A stretch of 53,608 bases of DNA, taken from IMG/VR virus record IMGVR_UViG_3300025646_000055, positions 1-53,608 of that record. One strand, 5' to 3'. Below are positions 44,664 to 53,608 of the stretch, in pieces. Position numbers and translations under genes: made by a program. Every line of letters starts with the position of its first letter. The stretch's first letter is position 1. Under the pieces are notes generated by a model, which worked only from the letters and a program-made list of their open reading frames with translations, was not told where the DNA came from and did not search any database. The stretch comes from a virus. Lineage: Duplodnaviria > Caudoviricetes.

Positions 44664-47267
44664 ATGTTTAAAATGAAAGACTTAAAAAAAATACAAGAAT
44701 TCTTTTCTAAACCTATAAACGAAGAAGAAAAATCATTTGCTGATTATTCTAATAATGAGTTAGCAGCATATCTTAAAAATAATCCTACAGATACAAAAGC
44801 ATCATCCGAACTTCATAAACGTTCTCAAAAACTTAAAGCTTTAACTAGAACAGATGAATCAGTAAACGAAGGCATGTATAAAAAAGAAGGATGGCTTGTA
44901 AAATCAAATGATGATGATACTAAATATATTGTTGTCCATACATCTGATGTAGAAAATAAATCAAATAGAATTAGTGATATTTATAAAGATAAAAAACTAG
45001 CTATCAAAAGAGCAGCTTTTCTAAACAAAAAATTAAGAGGATTGGATGAATCTATACTAAGTGAAAAGAAACCAAGTAAAATAGTTTGGGATACTAAAAA
45101 AATTTCTGCTGCAAAAAGAATCAATGTTAGAAAGTGGTACATGAAAACCTATCCTATCGATGAACTTGGCGGTGAAATAAATCAAAAACTTACACTATGG
45201 GATGTTTACACTTACTTATCACAGGGGTATGATGTATATAAAGTTATCGGTGTATCTGATAGTGTTATAAGAGAAAGAGTATTTGAAAAACTATCTAAGG
45301 TTCTTGATGTTGATTACGATACTATTTACAATATGTTTGAATCAGTAAATGAAGCTCAGTTTAAAGACTTACAAATAGGAGATGAATTTTTAAGATTTGG
45401 TAAAAATGGCCAACTTTGGGTAAAAACATCAGACAGGCAAGCCAAATTTGTGAAAAATGTGGGTAAAAAAACAGCTAAATATAACAAAAGTTCGGGTTCA
45501 TTAGAGGTTTTTCCACCAACGATGGATATAACCTTAGAATCAGTAAACGAGGCAACCCCTATTCAAAAGATTTTTCGTAAGATAGGTTGGGGTGGTGATT
45601 GGTGGACTCCACAAGATTATGCAAAACAGATAAAAAATTTACCTGATAACACTTTAAAAATTTGGTATAACTCTGCTAAATCTAATAAAGGTATTCCAAA
45701 TACTCCACTAGCATTTCAACAAAAATTAACAAAGATTGAAATGGAAAAGAGAGGTCTTTTAGAATCAGTATATGAAAATAATCTAGGACATGCTGAAGTA
45801 AGAAAAGTAGAAAAAAATTTATCTCTTGCTCAAAAAGAAGAGTTATCTAAATTAATAAAATCTGGAAAGATTAAAACAAGTGATGATCTTAAAAATTGGC
45901 TACCATCCATAAAAGAATCAATAAATGAACAAGAATACGCTAAACCATCTATCAGTGATTACAAAGTAGGTGATATTCTTAAATTTAAAGATGGAGAAGA
46001 ATGGTTAGTTGTTAAACCTGGAATGAGGGGATCTTCTAATCGAAGAAATTCTGATGAAATTACCATCAAACCTTATAATAAACTAGCAAAAGATAGAAAC
46101 GTTAGTTTAGCTATTGATGCTACTATATCATATCTAAATGATGTAGTTGATAAGATCATTAAAAAATCAGCTGATAATGTTAATGAAGCAATTATAAGTA
46201 ATAATCTAGATAAAATGGTCGACCTAGTTGTAGAAGGTGCTGAACCTAAGAATGTACTAGAAACTAAAGAAGAAGATCTTCAACTAAAAAATCTCCATTC
46301 TAAAATAGAAAAATATTATGGTAGAAAATTAGAACCTAGCCAAATTAATACACTCCAGGGTAAAGATAAGGTAATATCTAATTTATTATCACAATATCGA
46401 AAATTATCTAGAAGTTTAAACGAACAAGAAGAAGATCCAATCGATATCATCACAATGGATGTTCCATTATTTATCCGTGTTTTAGAATATGCTAGAGAAG
46501 ATGCCCAAGCAGATATGGATTTACACGATTTAACTGAAAAAGCAATTGCCGCTACTAAACAACAAGGTATACTCCAGATGGACGATTATGATATGTTAGT
46601 TGGTGAATTAGAGCAATTAAATGAAGAATTTCTTAACCCAGGTAAAAGACCTATTATAACAAATAAACAAGGTGAAAAATTTGTTTTACAAGGATTTACA
46701 ATTGGGGGATATTATTTAATTCCATATGATGGTTATAAATATTGGGAGCATTTTAGAGTACCTAAAGAACAATGGATACCAGAAAAATCAATTAATTGGG
46801 GTGATTATAATTTTACTCAACAACAATTTGAAAAACTTAAGGCTTTTAACAGTGAGAAAGAAAAAGAAGTAAATAAAAAATTTCAAGATATGAATGAAAT
46901 CCAATCTTTAGAAGATCAAGCTAAAGTTTATTGGATGCAACAATTAAAAGCTGGTAAAATTGATAAACTACCTAAAGATCCTAAAGAAGCATTTTTAATC
47001 CAAATGATGAAAGATCAAATAGATCACGATGAAGAAACTTTACGTCGTGAACGTGGTTTAGAAGAAAAAATTCGTGAAATCATTGAAACTATTAAATTAG
47101 GTCAAAATTTAAATGAATCTACACTTTGTAAAAGAGGTCAGGACTACATTAAAGCAAGAAAAGCTGCCGGAGAAAAATCATCAGCTTATCTTTCAGGTCG
47201 TGCAGTAAAAGTATGTAAAGGTGATATTAAATTTAAAGGTAAAAAACAAAAAGATTTTAAAGGATAA
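44664..47267 (+). CDS. modular protein with ESVNE-type linkers (putative head-cargo polyprotein)
   Basis: A dozen or more short unrelated segments separated by ESVNE/ESINE/LNE. Confidence 0.8.
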   Translation: MFKMKDLKKIQEFFSKPINEEEKSFADYSNNELAAYLKNNPTDTKASSELHKRSQKLKALTRTDESVNEGMYKKEGWLVKSNDDDTKYIVVHTSDVENKSNRISDIYKDKKLAIKRAAFLNKKLRGLDESILSEKKPSKIVWDTKKISAAKRINVRKWYMKTYPIDELGGEINQKLTLWDVYTYLSQGYDVYKVIGVSDSVIRERVFEKLSKVLDVDYDTIYNMFESVNEAQFKDLQIGDEFLRFGKNGQLWVKTSDRQAKFVKNVGKKTAKYNKSSGSLEVFPPTMDITLESVNEATPIQKIFRKIGWGGDWWTPQDYAKQIKNLPDNTLKIWYNSAKSNKGIPNTPLAFQQKLTKIEMEKRGLLESVYENNLGHAEVRKVEKNLSLAQKEELSKLIKSGKIKTSDDLKNWLPSIKESINEQEYAKPSISDYKVGDILKFKDGEEWLVVKPGMRGSSNRRNSDEITIKPYNKLAKDRNVSLAIDATISYLNDVVDKIIKKSADNVNEAIISNNLDKMVDLVVEGAEPKNVLETKEEDLQLKNLHSKIEKYYGRKLEPSQINTLQGKDKVISNLLSQYRKLSRSLNEQEEDPIDIITMDVPLFIRVLEYAREDAQADMDLHDLTEKAIAATKQQGILQMDDYDMLVGELEQLNEEFLNPGKRPIITNKQGEKFVLQGFTIGGYYLIPYDGYKYWEHFRVPKEQWIPEKSINWGDYNFTQQQFEKLKAFNSEKEKEVNKKFQDMNEIQSLEDQAKVYWMQQLKAGKIDKLPKDPKEAFLIQMMKDQIDHDEETLRRERGLEEKIREIIETIKLGQNLNESTLCKRGQDYIKARKAAGEKSSAYLSGRAVKVCKGDIKFKGKKQKDFKG

Positions 47268-47707
47268 TGAAGGATTTTGATTTAAAAAAATACCTAAAAG
47301 AAGGTAAATTATTTGAAGCTATAATGGCTTGTCCTTTACCTACTCAAGATTTAGAACTTAACACTAAAAATAGAGATTCTGCTATTAAAGCTGACTATAT
47401 TAAATATGGTCCTTTAAATGTTGATGAACCAGGAGATTATTGGGAAGAATTAGCAGAACACTGGGATACAACTGTTGAAGCTGCTAAACAATCACTTTGT
47501 GCCAATTGTGCTGCTTTCGATATTTCTCCTAGAATGGATGATTGTATGCCTGGTCCTTTACAAGATAAAGATGGTAGATTAGGATATTGTTGGATGCATA
47601 GTTTTAAATGCCATTCAGCACGTACTTGTAGAACTTGGGCTAAAGGAGGTCCTATTACTGAAGATAAAATATCTTATGAGTGGCAAGAACGTAAAGGAGA
47701 AGAATAA
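47267..47707 (+). CDS. Cys-rich protein with FDLKKYLKE leader
   Basis: CANCAAF...YCWMHSFKC...TC..W. Confidence 0.75.
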   Translation: MKDFDLKKYLKEGKLFEAIMACPLPTQDLELNTKNRDSAIKADYIKYGPLNVDEPGDYWEELAEHWDTTVEAAKQSLCANCAAFDISPRMDDCMPGPLQDKDGRLGYCWMHSFKCHSARTCRTWAKGGPITEDKISYEWQERKGEE

Positions 47708-47708
47708 A

Positions 47709-47987
47709 ATGACATCTGAAAGACTACAAGAAATAATTCAAGAATCTTTACGTGATTGGTTTAAAAAAGAAAAATGGGTAAAGATTAATACTGCAGGTAC
47801 TATTGAAGGACCTTGTGGCACTATGGATAAAGATGAACCTACTCAACGTTGCCTCCCTAAAGCAAAAGCTCAATCAATGACTAAAGCACAACGTGCTGCT
47901 ACAGCTAAAAAGAAAGTAGCAGGTTCTCGTAAAGGAAAACAATTTGTTAAAAATACCAAAAAAGGTGAATATAAGAAAAAATCATAA
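47709..47987 (+). CDS. small basic protein (start revised to ATG 47709)
   Basis: LRDWFKKEKW...CG...CLPKAKA. Confidence 0.7.
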   Translation: MTSERLQEIIQESLRDWFKKEKWVKINTAGTIEGPCGTMDKDEPTQRCLPKAKAQSMTKAQRAATAKKKVAGSRKGKQFVKNTKKGEYKKKS

Positions 47988-48011
47988 TATTTATAAATAA
48001 AATATTCTATA

Positions 48012-48854
48012 ATGGACAACTTTGATTTTAAAAAATACTTAGCTGAAAGCAAATTGCATGAGAACATGGCTGTAGAAATAACAGCAAAAATTGCTCAAAA
48101 AATAGCAGATGCTTTTACAGCTGATGATGATCTAGACCTTAAATATGTTGTAAATCCTCGTATTGACGCAGGTTCATTCGATCTTGATGTTGAAGCAGGT
48201 CCTAACACCCCTGGTGAAGATTCACTTGGTCAAGATATCGATAACTACCTTGGCGAATTCGCAGGTGGTTCTTTCTATATTAAAGACGGAGTAGTTTATA
48301 ATGCTGCTATGCGTAATGCTCCGGTTGCCAATGTAACCCCAGAAGGTGAAGTTGAAATGATCTCAGCTGCAGATTCAAGAGCAGCCATTGATTCACAAGA
48401 TGATATCCCAGCAATTGATAGAATGTATAACTCTGATGCTTGGGTGCAAGCTCAAAGAGATGCAATGGGAGAATCTAAAGAAGAAAAAAAATCAAATAAA
48501 ATGAAAAAATCCGAATTAAAAGAAATGATCCGCCAAGCAATGCTTGCTGAGACTAATTCTATAAAAGAACAAGAAGAAGAAGTAGCTGATGAAATTGAAA
48601 TTGAAGGTGAAGAAGAAACAACTGAAGAACCTGAAATAAAAGATGGAGAAGATACTCCTGAATTAGGTGGTAGTAACCAAAAAATCTTAAATGATTTAGA
48701 AGCAGCTTTAGAAGGTGCCAAACAAATGGGAGATGAAAAACTTGTAAATCAAATAGGTAATACAATTACATTTTTTACTCGTCAATATATTGTAAAAGAA
48801 GAAGATCTATTTGAAATAAAAAGAATGAAACGATTAGCTGGAATTTTAAAATAA
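48012..48854 (+). CDS. acidic modular protein with FDFKKYLAE leader
   Basis: Internal MKKSELKEMIR; C-terminal RMKRLAGILK. Confidence 0.75.
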   Translation: MDNFDFKKYLAESKLHENMAVEITAKIAQKIADAFTADDDLDLKYVVNPRIDAGSFDLDVEAGPNTPGEDSLGQDIDNYLGEFAGGSFYIKDGVVYNAAMRNAPVANVTPEGEVEMISAADSRAAIDSQDDIPAIDRMYNSDAWVQAQRDAMGESKEEKKSNKMKKSELKEMIRQAMLAETNSIKEQEEEVADEIEIEGEEETTEEPEIKDGEDTPELGGSNQKILNDLEAALEGAKQMGDEKLVNQIGNTITFFTRQYIVKEEDLFEIKRMKRLAGILK

Positions 48855-48876
48855 AATCTATAAATAAATAAAAATT

Positions 48877-49047
48877 ATGAATACACAAGAATTAAAAGAA
48901 AAAATTGATGCTTTATACGAAGTATTTACAATGGAACACGAAGGTAAATCTAAAGCAGCACATGGTAGAGCTCGTAAAGCATTAGGTGAAATTAAAAAAC
49001 TTATAACTGAATACAGAAAAGTATCAGTTGCTGAAGATAAAAAATAA
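48877..49047 (+). CDS. histone H1-like (Hc1-type) small protein, 56 aa
   Basis: Absent from the ORF track; GKSKAAHGRARKALGEIKKLITEYRKVSV resembles Bacteroidota Hc1-like proteins. Confidence 0.7.
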   Translation: MNTQELKEKIDALYEVFTMEHEGKSKAAHGRARKALGEIKKLITEYRKVSVAEDKK

Positions 49048-49051
49048 AAAC

Positions 49052-50596
49052 ATGCTTAACGAACGCAAACTTACCAAAGCTGAACTCAATAAGAGAGAGG
49101 ATATTATTAAAGACATGAAAAAAAACAAAAGTGCCTTAGTTAAACGTTATGGTAAGGATGCAGAAAAAGTAATGTATGGTCGCGCTACTAATATAGCTAA
49201 AAAACAAGCAGAAAACATGGAACAACCCAATTCTAGACTTAAAGAAATGATTAAGGATGCTTTAAAAAATCCTAAAAAAGCTGATTTAAATAAAGATGGT
49301 AAACTTTCAGATTACGAGAAAAAACGTGGTGCTGCTATTGAAAAAGCTATGGGGAAAGAAACTTTAAAAGCAAAAGACAAAATAAAAGAAGCTCGAATTT
49401 CTTCGGATAATAGAGTAGAATATCTTCAACATGTTTTAGATATGGTTTGGAAAAGAGGTAGAGAGAACAATCAAATTGATTTAAAATCATTATCCCAATC
49501 ACTTGTTGATGACATGTTTGATGAGTCCTATGAGGAAAAACGTGATGTTACTATTGAAAAAGCTATGGGGAAAGAAACTTTAAAAGAAGGTATCCCTACA
49601 GATTTATCACCTCTTGCATTTAATATTTTACATCATTCTCTTAGAAGGGGGTATATTACTCTTGAAGAAGCTACAGATGAAAGCGTAATAGGTGTAGCTG
49701 AAGAAGTTGCAGGATATCATGAAGATGATGAAGAAATTGGTTCAAGCGATATGACCTTTATTGTTAAAGAATTTTTAGATGGTATTGGTAAAAAAACTGA
49801 TTTTGAAAATGGGCGCTTAGTAGTAAGTAAAGATGAGGAATCCAAATTAGTAAGAGAAGCATTTTTACTAGATACTGATATTGAAGATATCGCTACCGCT
49901 TTAGGTTATTCTGATATATACAGTTTCTTTGAAGATAACCCGGGTGCTGTTGATGCTATCTATGATTGGGTTAAAACGGTTCCTGAATATAGAGATAAAC
50001 TTAAAGATGCTGATTTAAAAGAAGATTTAGATCTAGGTCATCAGGATAATGAACCAAATATGCTTAAAAAAGATTTATACCATATTGGAAAATATGCTAT
50101 GGAACTATATCAAATGATGGTTGGTTTAGAAGGTATGGGAGAAGTTGATTTTCCACACTGGTGGCAATCCAAAATAATCAAAGCTAAAGAAATGGTTTCT
50201 TCAGCTAAACATTATTTAGAATTTGAAACTAAAGAACCTGAAATTGATGCTATGGTAGATGTTGCTCAAAGTGTTGAAGCTATTGATGAAAATGCAGATA
50301 AATGGAATAAGATGAATGCTGATGAAAGAGAAGAAGCCCTATTAACTGTATTTAAAGACCCAGATGATGCTTTAAAATATATTGATTTTAAATGGAGTGA
50401 TCTTCCAGATATTGCTATTTCAAATTTACGTTTAAAAGAAATAAAAAAAGAAGGTTTAAGAGGGTTAATGCACAGTTCAAGTAAAGAGGCAAGAGCTAGA
50501 GATACTGAAGAAAGTGATAGAGAATATATAAGAACTAGACAACAAAGAGAAAAAGAAATAGCAGCTAAATTAGCTAAACAATTAAAGTCTAAATAA
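49052..50596 (+). CDS. modular protein with LxE linkers and EF-hand-like loop (start revised)
   Basis: ADLNKDGKLSDYE; duplicated IEKAMGKETLK. Confidence 0.75.
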   Translation: MLNERKLTKAELNKREDIIKDMKKNKSALVKRYGKDAEKVMYGRATNIAKKQAENMEQPNSRLKEMIKDALKNPKKADLNKDGKLSDYEKKRGAAIEKAMGKETLKAKDKIKEARISSDNRVEYLQHVLDMVWKRGRENNQIDLKSLSQSLVDDMFDESYEEKRDVTIEKAMGKETLKEGIPTDLSPLAFNILHHSLRRGYITLEEATDESVIGVAEEVAGYHEDDEEIGSSDMTFIVKEFLDGIGKKTDFENGRLVVSKDEESKLVREAFLLDTDIEDIATALGYSDIYSFFEDNPGAVDAIYDWVKTVPEYRDKLKDADLKEDLDLGHQDNEPNMLKKDLYHIGKYAMELYQMMVGLEGMGEVDFPHWWQSKIIKAKEMVSSAKHYLEFETKEPEIDAMVDVAQSVEAIDENADKWNKMNADEREEALLTVFKDPDDALKYIDFKWSDLPDIAISNLRLKEIKKEGLRGLMHSSSKEARARDTEESDREYIRTRQQREKEIAAKLAKQLKSK

Positions 50597-51057
50597 TGAC
50601 TAGAGAAGACCTTATTCAAAAGATAAAATTATTAGCTCCTCAAGTACTTTCTTCTGTTAAAAAAGCAGAAGAAACTGCTGTTGAATACGATGAATTAACT
50701 AAATTCCCAGAATTAAAAAATATAATTGTAAATTTATTAACTTCTGATTATGGTAAATTTATAGATTCAATTGATTGGGTAGCTCCAAAACCAACAACTT
50801 TTAGAATAAATCTTTTGAATGATCAATCTTTTTATTTAATTTTCAATAAACGTAGTTGGATTGCTGAAATTGAAGGTAAAAAATATTACCTATTAAATTT
50901 ACCTGAAGAAGAAATGGCAACTAAATCTATAGCTCGTATTTTAAGATATGGAGCTAAAATTGGAAAAGAAGAAGGTGATACTGAAGAAGGTGGAGCTGAT
51001 GTTGAAGGAGCAGAAGAAATAGAAACCCCAGAACCAGAATCAACAGAAGAAGTATAA
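50596..51057 (+). CDS. hypothetical protein with acidic tail
   Basis: TAATG coupling. Confidence 0.75.
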   Translation: MTREDLIQKIKLLAPQVLSSVKKAEETAVEYDELTKFPELKNIIVNLLTSDYGKFIDSIDWVAPKPTTFRINLLNDQSFYLIFNKRSWIAEIEGKKYYLLNLPEEEMATKSIARILRYGAKIGKEEGDTEEGGADVEGAEEIETPEPESTEEV

Positions 51058-52298
51058 TGGATCCTATATTAAAATTTTTAAATAGTGTAGCATATAAATT
51101 TCCTAAAGGATACCCTGACATGAATAATGAGCAGGATGTTCTTTTTTTAGAATCTTTATTAAATCAAGTTTTAAAAAAATCTTTTAGTTTTAATATTTTA
51201 AAAGAGGAGTTATTTGTATTTGAAGCTACAGACAGAGAAATTTCATCAAATACTAAAAAAGCTATTGAATATATTATTCAAAATGCTGATTCATCTTTAG
51301 GGTTCAAAACTCAAACAGATAAAAATCGTTTAGGTAATCCTTCTAAAATTGACCCTGAAAAAGTACAACAAATCTTTAAAGATTTAATAGGTGTAGAAGG
51401 AGAAATTACAATTTATAACCCACGTTCAGGTCCTAATCCTTCAGGTAAATTTGATATGTACGAATTTGATTCTGAAAAATTTGGTCCTGTTAGAATTATT
51501 TTAAGTGGAGGTGGAAACGCAGGAGAAAAGTATGAACAAGAATTTGTAGATAAAGCTAAAGCAACAGCTGGAGATACCAAAGATAATCTTCCAACTGATC
51601 TTAAAACATTATATTCTGCTTTAAATATTGATAGTGAAAAATTAACTGCAGATGATATTGAATTTGCAGGAGCTACTGATACAAAAAGATCCTTATCTTT
51701 AGAAGGTCCTAAAAATGTAGGTGCTACTATTTCGGATATGGTTATTAAATATAATGGTAAAGAATATTATATTTCATTAAAAAATAAAGCAGGTTCAGGT
51801 ATTTACTCAGGTAAAAATATACCATTCATTTATGAAAAAGATGGTAAAGTAATATATGATGCTTCTAAAAAAGGAAGTGCCCCTGGAATTGATTTATTAT
51901 TTGATATTTTTAACATTGATAGAGAAAAATTAGCTCAAGGTATTAATAATTTTATCAATCAAGAAGGAGAAGTTGATAATTGGTCTTCAGTAGATATTGA
52001 TAAAAATAAATTTAAAAATTTACTTGCTTCATCTTTAGGATATGGTTATTATTATGTGAGAGAAAAAGGTAAAGGTGATGTTAAAGTTATTCCTTTATTA
52101 ACTGCTGAAGATGCTTTAGATGCCGTAGGTACTATTATAGACACCCAAATTAAATATCCAGGCCCTAATACTAAACAATTAACTATAAAAATTGATACTG
52201 ACAGTCCTATATTTGGAGCTTCACAATATCAAGTAATGGTTAGAAATACTCAAGGAAAAATATTACCATTATCATTAAGAATTTCAAAAATAAAATAA
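51057..52298 (+). CDS. hypothetical protein, possible PD-(D/E)XK fold
   Basis: GEKYE...ISDMVIK...YISLK. Confidence 0.6.
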   Translation: MDPILKFLNSVAYKFPKGYPDMNNEQDVLFLESLLNQVLKKSFSFNILKEELFVFEATDREISSNTKKAIEYIIQNADSSLGFKTQTDKNRLGNPSKIDPEKVQQIFKDLIGVEGEITIYNPRSGPNPSGKFDMYEFDSEKFGPVRIILSGGGNAGEKYEQEFVDKAKATAGDTKDNLPTDLKTLYSALNIDSEKLTADDIEFAGATDTKRSLSLEGPKNVGATISDMVIKYNGKEYYISLKNKAGSGIYSGKNIPFIYEKDGKVIYDASKKGSAPGIDLLFDIFNIDREKLAQGINNFINQEGEVDNWSSVDIDKNKFKNLLASSLGYGYYYVREKGKGDVKVIPLLTAEDALDAVGTIIDTQIKYPGPNTKQLTIKIDTDSPIFGASQYQVMVRNTQGKILPLSLRISKIK

Positions 52299-52299
52299 T

Positions 52300-53145
52300 A
52301 TGTGTAAATGTGGATGTAATACTTGTGATGTTGAAAAATCAACGTTAATACTTAATGAAAGCTTAGCTCCACGGGGTATACTGTCTGAAGGTCTTAAATA
52401 TCATTTAGACCATAAAAAACCGTTAACAGAACATATTTATCGTGCTGGTTCTGAAAATTATTTTAATTTATGGGCTGAAGCCCGTTCTTTATATTCTCGT
52501 AATATTTTAGAGATTACAAATGCAGATGATTTAGCAGTTTTAACTGAAACAGATTTAGGTCATTTTGGTATATTAGAAAATGGAACTAAAGTGCCTTTAG
52601 ATTTTCCTATGGTGAATGAAGAAGAAATAGGTGAATTCCCATTTGAATACAAAGGATTCAAATACAATGTAGAAGATACAGGTGGGATGATTGATGGCTA
52701 TGGTAGAAAAGTATGGCAAGTTTCAATCCAAGATAAAAATGGGGATGTAGAAACTACAAACGTAAGAGGTTCTAGTGATAGAGAAGGTCATCAGGAAGCA
52801 AAAAAATTCATAGAAGATGAATTGTTACCTTACTATGGATTAGACGAGGCAGCTAAGAAGAAGAAAAAAGATCCACCAATTGGAAAACCAATGCGTGATT
52901 CATCAGGTGGTAAAGCATACAAAGTATACGTTCGCGACCCTAAAACTAAAAAAATTAAAACAGTACGTTTTGGTTCAGGTGGGTTAAGGGCAAAGTTAGA
53001 TAACCCTAAAGCTAGAAAAGCTTTTGCGGCTAGACATAAATGCGGTACTGGGGAACCAAAAACAAGTGCGCGATATTGGTCTTGTAGAATTGGTAGATAT
53101 TGGAAATTATTAGGGGGTTCAAAAAACTTTAGTGGTTTTTGGTAG
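52300..53145 (+). CDS. modular protein with basic C-terminal domain
   Basis: LNE/VNEE/LDE junctions; KVYVRDPK..VRFG..ARHKC..ARYWSC. Confidence 0.75.
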   Translation: MCKCGCNTCDVEKSTLILNESLAPRGILSEGLKYHLDHKKPLTEHIYRAGSENYFNLWAEARSLYSRNILEITNADDLAVLTETDLGHFGILENGTKVPLDFPMVNEEEIGEFPFEYKGFKYNVEDTGGMIDGYGRKVWQVSIQDKNGDVETTNVRGSSDREGHQEAKKFIEDELLPYYGLDEAAKKKKKDPPIGKPMRDSSGGKAYKVYVRDPKTKKIKTVRFGSGGLRAKLDNPKARKAFAARHKCGTGEPKTSARYWSCRIGRYWKLLGGSKNFSGFW

Positions 53146-53176
53146 GAAATCGGCATAAAGTACAATATGTATCAAT

Positions 53177-53437
53177 ATGATGGATATATTTAATGAAATA
53201 TCTTGGACTCAATTCCAAAAATTAAAAGATATTGCTAAATTACCACTTAATGAACAAGTTAAAAAGTATAATCAATATCTATATGAGTTAAGTATAGCTC
53301 GATATGAATGGTTATCTTATCAAAATAAAGGACCAAAACAACTAACACTTCAAAACATAGGTGTGCTATTACAAGAAGATTTATTTGATTTAGAACAAGA
53401 AGACGGAAGTAAAATTTTAATAACAGGATATGCCTAA
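53177..53437 (+). CDS. hypothetical protein
   Basis: LLQED..L.QEDGSKI motif, seen next to fibre genes. Confidence 0.65.
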   Translation: MMDIFNEISWTQFQKLKDIAKLPLNEQVKKYNQYLYELSIARYEWLSYQNKGPKQLTLQNIGVLLQEDLFDLEQEDGSKILITGYA

Positions 53438-53608
53438 TTTACCAATTTCAGGATTACCAGCAGCTAGTACTTTAGACGGCTCAGAATTATTTGCCGCAGT
53501 ACAAAGTGGTGTAACAACTTATACTACCTTAGAAGATGTTTCTAATTATGTAACTAGTTCAATTTCTACAATTGACACCGGCTCACTTATGGTTACAGGT
53601 TCTATTTC
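53430..53608 (+). CDS. partial fibre-like protein (MPNLPISGLPAASTLDGSE...), runs off the window
   Basis: Open frame to the window end. Confidence 0.7.
   Translation, partial: MPNLPISGLPAASTLDGSELFAAVQSGVTTYTTLEDVSNYVTSSISTIDTGSLMVTGSI

Noticed and set aside
2010-53165. Minus-strand ORFs antisense to + genes (e.g. 2319, 3308, 16144, 48452, 50266, 52833)
   Set aside because: Shadows of well-supported + strand genes, with no independent start signals.
1-53608. Stop-codon reassignment
   Set aside because: Long ORFs are intact in code 11, TAG and TGA end genes at sensible positions, and no suppressor tRNA was found.

Overview
This window is a segment of a large, AT-rich tailed phage genome with a myovirus-type baseplate. 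It uses the standard genetic code and is almost entirely on the + strand. The host is most likely Bacteroidota, judging by repeated TTGG-N19-TAYATTYA promoters and A-rich translation starts without a Shine-Dalgarno sequence. Four zones are visible. (1) 1-8.2 kb: small early/accessory genes and two tRNA-like elements. (2) 8.2-15.75 kb: a dense RNA island. It holds tRNAs for all 20 amino acids, many aberrant tRNA-like RNAs, a compact RNase P RNA-like gene and several pseudoknotted RNAs I cannot assign. It also holds a ~950-nt GOLLD-like RNA with a nested tRNA-Lys. It is headed by a candidate leader-peptide attenuator and punctuated by boxA-like sites. (3) 15.8-40.4 kb: HD protein, sigma-like factor, baseplate/tail genes, GIY-YIG nuclease, primase and exonuclease. 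(4) 40.4-53.6 kb: modular proteins whose domains are separated by [LIV]-x-E / ESVNE linkers, suggesting protease-processed capsid cargo polyproteins. All calls were made by eye from sequence motifs and base-pairing; no searches or folding programs were run.
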